Shown here: in pieces, positions 12,501 to 21,931 of the stretch
Position numbering within the stretch: position 1 is the first letter of the stretch
Layout of the letters: each line of letters starts with the position of its first letter
Assembly: GCF_000400465.1 (NCBI RefSeq)
Contig: NW_008806284.1
Coordinates: 240,001 to 272,000 of the forward strand
Reading direction: 5' to 3'
DNA length: 32,000 bases
Origin: Wallemia ichthyophaga EXF-994
Lineage: Eukaryota > Fungi > Basidiomycota
The notes under the pieces: generated by a model
What the model saw: the letters and a program-made list of their open reading frames with translations, nothing else
Told to the model about the DNA's origin: nothing
The model's database searches: none
Program-made: the position numbers and the translations under genes

Positions 12501-13101
12501 GACGTGAATTCGGCGGTATGGGTGGCGTACGAAGCGTTTAACAGCAAGGATTTTGATATCTACCTCACGCCTTTCGTCAATGCTTTTAATTTTTATCTTC
12601 AACTTAATGCTTATAATATTTAAAGGTCTCATTGACTTGAGAAATAATTTGGGCCCAGCCAATTATTCCAATAATAGTGGTTTTATTATGCACTCACAAT
12701 ACTCAGGACATGTCTTTTTTTAGTTGCCCCGAAGAAAGCTAATTGAAAGACTTCCATGACGAACATTATTTCAACTCAAAGTAGAAAAAATGTAAGACAA
12801 CTGGTATACTTCTTTATCGAGCTTTTGCAATGATATTTTGAGAACTGAATGAATATCCTGGAGATTATGGTTATCATTGAATAACTAATTTCCCTAAGGA
12901 GATCTTTAGCCCAATAATCATAGATCAGCTTCATTTGCGCCATCACCAACTAACACTCTGCGCAAATCTTTCGCCTGTCACCCAATTCCCTTACTCCTTC
13001 AAGTTCAAGCGTGTAAAAGTATTCTAATTTTTAAAGATTTGCTTTTAGCTCATGCATTCATACTGTAAAACAAATTTTCTAAAACAACGCGATTTAATAA
13101 T
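6505..13101. other. 6.6-kb gene-free, AT-rich interval (candidate regional centromere)
   Basis: No recognisable protein in six frames. Hand-counted 60-nt lines give ~20-35% GC at 9.4-10.9 kb versus ~45-50% in flanking CDS. All other spacers in the window are 521 bp or less. The centromere call is inference. Confidence 0.45.
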
Positions 13102-14265
13102 CTAATAATCACCTATCATAATCTTAATAGCGGGCCTTCCATTCTCATCTTTGCCATTTGAAAGTGTCTCGAAGGCGTTTTTGCTGTCGCTGAGTTTAAA
13201 TTTGTGAGTGACGAGCGAATCAGCCGATGCGAGCTTGTTAGCAGCGAACATTTCAAGAGCATCGTCGTACGTGTTTGAATACCTGAAAACGCCAACTAAA
13301 TCGACTTCTCTAAATGCTGCCGCCGATACCGGCAATGTGGCATTTGGGGTTCCCATACCGATGTAAACAACTTTTCCACCGGCTTTGGCTGCATAAATCG
13401 CAGCTTGCATACATGTTTCCACACCTGTACACTCAAACACTACATCGTAGCCATCACTACTGGACTGTCCGAGTATGCTATCAGCTGTGTTCTTTGAAAT
13501 TTCAAGCGATTCCGCGGGCGACGAAGGACGTGGTCCAAGAGGGAGCAGAACAGTGTTATCAGCGAAGCTCTTTTCCAATGCGAATTTAAGTCTGTTCTCA
13601 TCAATATCTATTACCGTGACCTTAGTTGCACCCTGTGCCTTGACGACCGAAGCAGCCAGTAAACCTACGGCACCAGCGCCAAAGATGGCAACATGGTGAC
13701 CTGCTCTAACCCCAGAACGTCTACTTCCATGCAAGACGACACTCAATGGCTCCACCAGCGAAGCTTGCTCGAACGACACATTATCAGGCATTTTGTGCAA
13801 GAGTCTAGCAGGATGAGTGAAACACGTCTGGAGAGTTCCATCCAAGTGCGGATATGTTTTGGCCGATGAAGCAAACCTCAACCCCGGACAGAGGTTGTAT
13901 CTGCCACTCTTACACAGGCTGCAACTCGAGCAGTAAATACCGGCTTCAATGGCCACCCTGTCACCTGGCTGGATGTGCGACACGCCTTTACCGACAGAGG
14001 TGACGATTCCGGCAGCCTCATGTCCCATAGCGAGTGGCTCCCGTATCACGAAGTCCCCGTTGCGGCCATGACGGTAGTAGTGCAGATCTGAGCCACACAG
14101 CCCAGTTGCTTTGACGTCTACTTGGGCGTCGAGCTCTCCAACTTGCACAGCTGGACGTACTTCCTAAAGATCATCAGTGTCTTGGAGAACAGAGCCGGCG
14201 TTACTCACGAGTCGCAAGTCCTTTGCGCCGTGAAGTGTAGCAATAAGATTTGTTTGGGTGGACAT
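13102..14265 (-). CDS. Zn-dependent polyol (sorbitol/xylitol-type) dehydrogenase, MDR family; exons 14265-14209, 14163-13102
   Basis: Intron 14208-14164 (GTGAGT..CTGAT..TAG). Motifs: GLCGSDLHYY, GHE, structural-Zn CSSCSLCKSGRYNLC, GAGAVG Rossmann motif and GVFRY. The exact substrate cannot be determined from sequence. Confidence 0.92.
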
Positions 14266-14652
14266 GATGAGTTTATTGAAGAAAGGGAGGCATAGTGGTC
14301 AGTTTTACCGACTTGATGGAGTTCGTCCCGGTAGTACGAGAATGTCGGACATGACAATTCATTGAAAGGGTTTCAAAAGTTGCTTGCAGGACGCCGCGTG
14401 GTCAATTTATGTTACGTTGAAATTTATACTATTTTTAAAGAATTACCTGTAATCTTTGGCTGTCGTCATCTTCCGGGTTTATCGCAGATAGGATGAGCTC
14501 AGCTACTTGGGCGAAATCATCTAGCTCGGCAGTATTTATTACGTTAATCTTATCACATCGAAGCTATACAGTACAATACAAAACTGTTTTCAGCTGCAGC
14601 TTTCGTAAAGAAATGAATAGAGTGAAATGAAATACTGCAGGATTGCAGACTT

Positions 14653-15738
14653 TCAAAGGCCATCACCAACGTACCTAGCAATACAGTTAGCTTCATACCC
14701 TAAAAAACACACACAACTCACCATTTCTGGGTCCATCTTCTGTCAAAGTCATCGTCTGGATTAACAAAACGCAAATCAGTGCTGAGTCTGATCTTCTCTG
14801 TTTCGTTCACAGACGACGCGTGGATCATGAATGGCTGGTGGAATACCACGTCCCCGTCCTCGAAGTTGGTCATAAGCCACTTCCTTCCGTACACCTTACC
14901 GAAGCCCTGTGCATCGTCTGAGAGGATACCTCCGCGCATCATATTGCTGTTGAAAGCTGACAGACGTTCTTGTGGTGTGAAAGATTTAGCTCTTTCGCTA
15001 AAGTCATTCTCAATTTCCCTGCCAATCTCGTGTGACTTGTCCAGGTAGATCAAGCTCCCACCATTAGCTGCACATGAGCCAATCGGGACCCAGGCGGTCA
15101 AGCTAGTTGGGAGAGCGCCGCGCAGAAATATCTGATCATAATGCACTGCCGTAGCCTCAGAGCCCTTTATGTTTGTCCTGAGCATCTGGCGCTGCAGGAG
15201 GAGAATATTCTCCCAGTCCGTAATCTTACGTACAAAATTATAAAGCTCTGTAAGATTGTCTATTAGAAAGTCAATGCGCGCCGTAAGTCAACCTACCTGG
15301 TATCTTCTGAAATTCTTCGTAGAAATCCGCGTAATGAGCTTCAGTGGCTTTAGTTAAGAACTCGATCTGTTGCGGATCAAGGGTGCCCTCGCCCGTAGCT
15401 GCTGATCCCGGTCCACCGTACTTCTTGGGATCGCCACCTACAAAGATGCCATCAACTGGATCGGTACCCTCCTTGAGCACGCCTGTGCACTTAACAAAGT
15501 CGAAGTACGCTCTCCTCATGTTCTTCACTGCCTCGACCGGCAGCAGCCCCTTCACCAGTACATATCCGTCCTTTATGTACCTCTCCTTGATCAACTCAAC
15601 GGGAGCATCCTTTGAGGTCTCCTTTAGCCAACCAATATTTTCATCTTCGATTGCTCCACCGTTGCTCGTTAATTTAAAGCCTTTTTCCGGTGGTGTGTAT
15701 ACAGGTAAATCGACGCTACGTGCTACTTCTACTGACAT
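14653..15738 (-). CDS. PhyH-family 2-oxoglutarate/Fe(II) dioxygenase; exons 15738-15297, 15259-14722, 14674-14653
   Basis: Introns 15296-15260 (37 nt) and 14721-14675 restore the frame. Fe-binding HYD plus distal H (FHQPFMIHAS), LTAWVPIG, GGSLIYL, 2OG-binding RLSTDLRF, and C-terminus WYVGDGL. Confidence 0.88.
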
Positions 15739-15832
15739 TGTGATACTATGTACTTGATGAGATTAAACGCAAGAGCTATTCATCACACTTAAATACCGTT
15801 TAAGCCCATCCAAATCGGTTTTTCAAATTCGC

Positions 15833-15840
15833 TGACGTCA
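15833..15840. promoter_or_regulatory. Perfect CRE/ATF palindrome TGACGTCA ~95 bp upstream of the PhyH ATG
   Basis: Exact 8-bp palindrome inside the 182-bp spacer between SEC3 and the PhyH gene. Function is inferred, and the same 8-mer also occurs inside the MIS18 CDS. Confidence 0.35.
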
Positions 15841-15920
15841 CGAGATAGAATAATCGGATCTTTAACAAAACCTACATTGTCGGTTCGGAATTTTAGATAA
15901 ATTGCAATAATGATACAAAT

Positions 15921-18900
15921 TCAGTTTTTATTCTTAAATCTGTGATGAATAGTGGTCAGTTAATACTTTAAACAAGTATAAAAAAAAAACCCACGACAAT
16001 CGGATATCAGTTTGGGTATAGTGTAATCCTTCAAGACCGGCAAAACATGCGGCAATCAGCTGGTTCCAGTCATTAGACCAGGCAACAAGGTAGTCTTCTA
16101 GCGCTTTCCACACGATTTCGATGACCTTAAAGACCTCATTATATCCGACTTCGTCTTCGATGTTAACGTCAAAGTGCTTTTCAACTCGCTTGCGCAAAGC
16201 TTCTGTTGACTTTCTTAGATCTTTGGCTGTAAAGTCTCGCACTATTCTCTTGTACACACTTTTACCAAACGTGGGATGACTAATCATTTCGGACGCTTTG
16301 GTTGTCTTGAGTGCCTTCTCCAGACCCTCAAAGTAGTCTATTTGTTTGTGCAGATGTCTTTTCCATAGCAGCTTCACGTACGATTCCATGTGTGAGCTAT
16401 AGAGCGACTCGGCTGTCACCATGAACGAAGAGAGTGGTTTCATTGGCTTAGCTTTGAACGATTGCAGGAAGTGATGGGAATTTGCTATCATAATGACCTG
16501 CAAATGTTTCAGTCAGTGAACCACCTCCGAAAAAACCCCCACCCACATGCAAATTGAGTGCACCTTTATCCTCGCCATTGACATCTACACTTTCCTCCTC
16601 CTTGGCAATTTGCTTGAGCGAGTCAAACACTTTGCCGATAATCTTATCATAAGCGTCGTTGACGTTCTGGCGTATTTCCATATTGTCGCCCACTATAGAG
16701 AGCTGAGCTTCAATCCTGCCCACAAAAGAAGGTATAATCCGAATGAACGGTGCTACACCCATGCGCTTCTTTGTCGTCAGTTTTGTGTTCTCAATCGCTC
16801 TTATCTGCTCCGAAATGTACTTGGAAAACATATTGTTCAGTCGCATTTTTTGCTTTTTGAGAAGTGAGTGGAGGTAAGGCTGATCTTTGTTGTAAGCATC
16901 CTTCATTGATTTCTCAAGCTGTACAATTATGCCGACTATTTGCCTGTAGCCCAGGTTTTAGAAGAGAAGTGAGTGTAAAAAAACTTACATATTGTCTTTG
17001 ACAAGTGCACCATCTATCCACGATTGCAGGGCCGGAGATAAGAATGAGAATATCGCTTCAAATGCACTCTTGAGGTCAGAAAGCGGTCCAAAGTTAACAG
17101 CACTGAGTGAATCTCTTGCTTTACGTTTGAATGCATCTTCCAAATCGACATATTCCGCGAATGTGGGCGGTGTGTCGAGAATAGCGAGCAAGTCTTGTAA
17201 AAAAACCTCTTCATTCTTCATTTGGGTAGAGATTTGCGTAAGTATTTTTGCTAGCGATTCGTGTGCAGGTATATCGCCCTTTTTGTTATTTTTGGTATCT
17301 AAGCGCTTCTCAGGACGCTTACGACCAGGCTGACTATTGAATCCGTCAATTGGATTGGAAAAGTTAGCATCACTCTCCTCATCTGTGGCTTTGTGGTTGA
17401 GATTTTCATATACCTTCAAAAGTTTGGACATTTCTCTATTGTGTAACTCAGCCGCCGAGCTAAAATAGTTATCACATACTTCCTTGTAGCGATTTTTATC
17501 CATCTCCCTTAGAAAAAGCACCAGACCACAATACCTTCCGAGGTACGATTCCATCTTTTCATGCGATTTAATGATAGGCTTGGCTTCAGAGATTTGTCTT
17601 CCTGCGTCGTTGAGGAGATTGTCGACTTGGAACTTGAACATGATCGAAAGATAGTCGAGCATACGTTTGGCGAATTGCAGAGTGATAGTTCTATACTCGC
17701 TGACACGCTTCTCGTCAACGTCGGGTTGGTCATCATTTGCTTTAATGGCTTTGTAGAGAGTAGCAGCAGCTCTCTCCAGCGCCTCAATACCCTTGTCATT
17801 CTCAAGACTCTCCTTGGTCAACACTATCAAATCGGCCTGATCGACGTCAACATTTGGTGGAGATAATTGGTCTAGTTTTTCAATTTCATTGAGTAGCGCT
17901 TGCTCGTTGTTTATTTGCGTTTGTTTGCCTCGTTGTGATTCAATGTAGCTGATATCTTCACCAACGAGCATAAGATGTGCTCTAAATTTACTAACCAATG
18001 CATCCATATCATCCAGCTCTGCAAGATTTGAGTCGAGGTAATCAAATAAGTAGTCGATGGTATCAACCTGGTCAGAAACAATCGACCTGATCATCGCAGC
18101 TTCGGCGTTGTTGATTTCGTTTGTGAGGGATTGTTCATCTTGTTGACTAATTGCAGAGGAGTCAATATGTGCAGCACTTCTAAGAGATCTCCAGTTTGCA
18201 CCGCCCAAAGCTTCATCAATTTGTTGTATGTCGTTGTACGATTCTGAGGTCGAAGTGTGAGAGTTCTTTCTTGCGAGCGAAGAAAAAGCATCGCCTAAAG
18301 AAGTGTCCGAAGGTCTTGAGAACTTTCTTTTATGAGAACGTTTCTGGATGATTGGGGAGGGAGAGTTATCGAAAGACTGCCTTGGGGTGAGTTTGCTGGT
18401 ATTGAGGCTGAGTTGAGGAGGGGGGACAGGTGGAGAAGGAGGAGTTGGGGAGGCTGCGATAGGGGAAGCAACAGCTGGAGAAGATTGTTTCTGTAAGGGA
18501 GGTATTGGTGAAGATTGTTGGGGTTTTGGTGGCGGTGATACTTGTGTCTGTGGTGATACTTGCTGATGCTGAGGAATTGGGGATAATCGATGTTTTTGTG
18601 GTTGAGAGAGAGTTGGTGGAGGTTGCTGTTGTGGCTGGGGTGGCTGTTGTGGCTGCTGTGGTGGTGAATTTGGTTGCTGAAGCGACGGTTTGGGTTTTTG
18701 CTGTGGTTGTTGTGGTTGCTGGAGTGGTTGGTAAGGTTGCTTGTGCGATTGTTGTGACTGCTGCGACTGCTTCGATTGTTTTGGCTCAGACTGCTGGTGA
18801 ATAGGTGGCTGTTGACGTTTTCTATGTTGTGTATGTTGATTGTGCTGTGTGTTATGTGTGTTATGTGTGTTATGTGTGCTACCTGTGCTTTGTGTGTGCT

Positions 18901-19357
18901 CTGTGTGCTGTCTGCTGTGAGAATTGTCTGAGACATCCGGTCTACTTGGTTTTAAACTAAGAGGTGTGGTTGAATTGTAATGATTTAGAAGTGAAATCTT
19001 ATTATCATAATGAGCATTGTAGTTATTTACTATCGCATCTAAAAAAGGTTTTAATTCAGTAACCCTTTCTGCTTTCCACTGATAAGACTTAGATAAAGTA
19101 AGCTTAAAAGTGTCATAATTGAGCAATTCAACCTTTAAAAGTGCATTTAATAGCCAGAATTTTCCAATAGAGAACGTCCCATTAGAGTTTCTCTTTGATT
19201 TATAGAGAACTGGATGATTCTGGTGAGTATCAAAGGCTAGAAGGAGGTAGCGTGGCTTTGGTGGATCGCCGGGCTCTATAATTTTACAGTGGCTCAAATA
19301 TCTATCCTTGCTGAGACCGGAAAACAGAGAAGATTTAATTTGATCAGATATTTCCAT
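15921..19357 (-). CDS. SEC3: Exocyst subunit Sec3; exons 19357-16989, 16943-16547, 16497-15995, 15939-15921
   Basis: N-terminal PH-like domain (KPRYLLL..KSKRNSNGTFSIGKFW), Gln/Pro-rich linker, coiled coil (SYIESQ) and helical C-terminus (KKRMGVAPF, LNLHVIMIANSHHF, DFTAKDLRKSTEALRKRVEKHF). Three introns of 45-55 nt. An alternative in-frame ATG lies at 19399. Confidence 0.92.
18410..18915 (-). repeat. Low-complexity coding repeats in SEC3 (His-Asn-Thr tandem, poly-Gln/Pro); includes (TGTGTGTTA)x3 plus one degenerate copy at 18846-18881
   Basis: Read directly; translates as THNTHNTHNTQHNQHTQH and QQPQQPQQ..PPQQPQQPPQPQQQPPP. Confidence 0.85.
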
Positions 19358-19389
19358 TTCCACGATGACTGTCTGCTTGGAACAGTCAG

Positions 19390-20010
19390 ATGCAATCATC
19401 AAACACTCACTTAGCAAGGCAGTTACAGCAACTCAAAAAATATCCAGTTCAAGGATTTAGCGCTGGATTGGTTGATGACAATAATTTATATGAATGGGAG
19501 ATTATCCTAATAGGTCCTGTAGATACTCTATATGAGGGTGCAATATTGAAGGCAAAATTATACTTCCCAGAGGTTAGTGGGGGAAATCTATGAGTCTATG
19601 TGTACTCAAAGAGTCCCAGGAATACCCATTGCTCCCTCCAAAAATGAAGTTCTTGTCTGAATTGTGGCATCCATCGAGTGGGTTGAGACATATATGTGTA
19701 AAAACAATACTAATAGCATTAAATCAAAGTCTATAACACTCCAGATAGAAAAGGGGAAGTTTGTATTTCAATTCTACACCCACCTGGTGATGATGAATGG
19801 GGTTGGGAGGATGCCTCAGAGAGGTGGTTGCCAGTCCACTCAGTTGAATCAATTCTAATCTCAGTTATTTCCCTCTTGTCTTCAGATACACCTTGTACTG
19901 ACTCACCTGCAAACGTAGACGCTGCAAAACAAGTTAGAGAGGATTTAACTGGATATAGAAAAACAGTACGTAGATTGGCAAGAAAGTCAGCAGAGGATAT
20001 TTGGGAGTGA
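19390..20010 (+). CDS. UBC15: Ubiquitin-conjugating enzyme E2, Ubc15/UBE2G1-type (acidic-loop class); exons 19390-19572, 19620-19677, 19730-20010
   Basis: Spliced product reads [89 protein letters not shown]. Catalytic Cys is in VCISILH; close to S. pombe Ubc15 as I recall it. Confidence 0.9.
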
Positions 20011-20093
20011 ATTTGGTACACCAAGTATCAATATTTATATCTCAGTTGAATATAAATCACGTTAAATCAAGTTTGTTTAAAACTGTCGTCATC

Positions 20094-20563
20094 ATGAATT
20101 CTGCATATATATTAGTTTCTGTGTTAGTTTGGATTTTAAGGTTGTAAATTAGTCTAATCAGTCACCACCAGACAGCCACTCTCCCCCAACGCTCAAATAA
20201 CAGACACAGGATTCAAACAAATCTTAAACTCATCTTTAATTTCTTTATATGGGGTTGTAAATGGAAGTATACACGTTGATGTCATTGCAGTTACAGATAA
20301 ACTATCAAATGGCTTACAGAAAGTTGGACTCAAATGTGCGCAGGAGTGAGTGACATCGGAGTGTCTAGGAGTAAAAGTCTTATCCCCCTCTCAGACACGC
20401 TCAGCAGGTCAAGAATAGCCTCAGTACTGCTTCAACCACTTCTACGAGATTCTTCGATGACTCCTTCAAGATAAGTGTTGTTGATTCTGGCAATACACCA
20501 ACTATACTCCAACCAATAACAGAATTTGAATACAAGCAAGCACAATTAGCACAATTCAAATGA
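20094..20563 (+). CDS. Rpp14/Pop8-like RNase P/MRP protein subunit (123 aa; not in the ORF track); exons 20094-20122, 20172-20345, 20395-20563
   Basis: Two 49-nt introns (GTTAGT..CTAAT..CAG; GTGAGT..CAG) give MNSAYILVSVQPLSPNAQITDTGFKQILNSSLISLYGVVNGSIHVDVIAVTDKLSNGLQKVGLKCAQEHAQQVKNSLSTAS..FKISVVDSGNTPTIL. The pattern parallels human Rpp14 (FKQLLISAVKDLFG..LDIL) as I recall it. Confidence 0.72.
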
Positions 20564-20840
20564 GCTTTGAGCTGTGCGATTTGGCGTGGTCAACTGATCA
20601 CACCACACCAACGATTCCTAAAGTCTCCGCACCGTCGGCATCAATTGAATTATATTAGACACAAATTAAACCCTCAAAATTAGTAAATGCACGCACTGAA
20701 CAATATTATTATAATTTTAATTACCCTGCCGCACATAATCGATGCGTGCCGCTGTAGCTGAGTGAAATGAAGACCCCAAAATTCGAATGTGACAGCTGCC
20801 ATAGAGATTGCGAGGGCGCTTAAAGGGCTAAGCGAGTTGA

Positions 20841-20849
20841 TATATAAAA
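20841..20849 (+). promoter_or_regulatory. TATA box (TATATAAAA) upstream of the 21085 gene
   Basis: Canonical TATAWAWR match ~235 bp upstream of the ATG at 21085. Confidence 0.5.
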
Positions 20850-21084
20850 CCCTCTGTCAGTGAGACAATTTTTGAGCTAGTAATTAATTTGGAACCTGTG
20901 TGCCTTCGGGCGTCGCGTGGCGTGCGTTAGTGGAGTGACAGGAGGTCGGAGCATTTACAGCGGATAAGAATATCCAGTGAGAATACTATGAAACTTCTGT
21001 CCCAGACAATTGCAAGCGTCGCTTGCTCGGTTAACGTAAGATCCGTGTTTTGGGGAGATTTATCATGCAAATTAAATTGATCGT

Positions 21085-21790
21085 ATGTCTCCCACAACCA
21101 ACACGATGATTGTACATCTCCCAAGCAGTTATCATGTACATAAAACGAAAGACGGTGACGAGGTAGAGCTCGTTGATAAACACAAGGGTGGCCATTGGCT
21201 GTTGAAGAGTTTAAGCGAAAAGAACACTTTAAGCTTGATAGATCCAGCAGAAAGACTGTATGCACACTCGAAGCAGCATGGATTCGATTATGAAGTTAAC
21301 TTATCAAATGGTCGCGTCAACATTGATAGGGATAGTTACTTTAACAGTTTGAGCTACTTGTTTGCGTTGCCTTCTGGAGTAAATTGCTCAGTAAAGTCAA
21401 GTGATTTTTACAATCTTAGAGTGGTTGACTTGGAAACGGATAAGACACTGGCTACCTATTCGAAGCATAAGCACGGATTATCACTTCACAAGTACTCGAC
21501 GTTGAAAATAAATCCTGATTTGTCAGATCACGATAAGTTGCTGCTTATTATGGTTTGTCTGCAGGTGAGTGAAGTAAACTGAGACATTCTACATTAATGC
21601 TTACAAAGATGAACAGATGAGCAGAATTGAAAGGCAACCAAAGTCAAATCATCATCATCACTTGAAGCAGCTATTGCCACTATCTTCATCTACTAGCTCA
21701 CTGAGTTCCTTAACATCACTCAATAACTTTCTCCATTCTCATACGTCGAGTCCTTCTAGCTCACCTAAGCTACACAAAAACTCAATATGA
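21085..21790 (+). CDS. Uncharacterised protein, possibly DUF6593/LURP-one (Tubby C-like) fold; exons 21085-21564, 21617-21790 (second exon tentative)
   Basis: 165-aa ORF with a beta-rich pattern ending LRVVDLETDKTLATYSK..STLKINPDLSDHDKLLLIMVCL. A GTGAGT donor at 21565 and CAG acceptor at 21616 add a Ser/His-rich tail. An earlier AAG acceptor at 21608 would end the protein three codons later instead. Family call is from memory only. Confidence 0.55.
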
Positions 21791-21931
21791 AAAACATTCA
21801 AGAAAAACTTGATATACCCAACTGATGCTGATTTCAACTTACGATATAAACTCATGACATATGCAATTTGTAACAGAACTGTATAACTTATTTTGTAGCA
21901 AATATTTGAATAAAAATAGATGAAAAACAAT

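Noticed and set aside
12300-12990. Minus-strand frame with long stop-free stretches (includes ORF 12468-12662)
   Set aside because: The Ile/Lys/Phe-rich composition is typical of translated AT-rich non-coding DNA; no motif.
18091-18936. 213-aa alternative-frame and 99-aa antisense ORFs in SEC3
   Set aside because: Artefacts of the stop-poor Gln/Pro/His repeat tract.
20330-20420. CTGAGCGTG (U3 box B-like) on the minus strand and AAAAGTCT/ATGGCTTAC (RNase MRP-like) on the plus strand
   Set aside because: The other required boxes are missing, and the region is better explained by exons and an intron of the Rpp14/Pop8-like gene.
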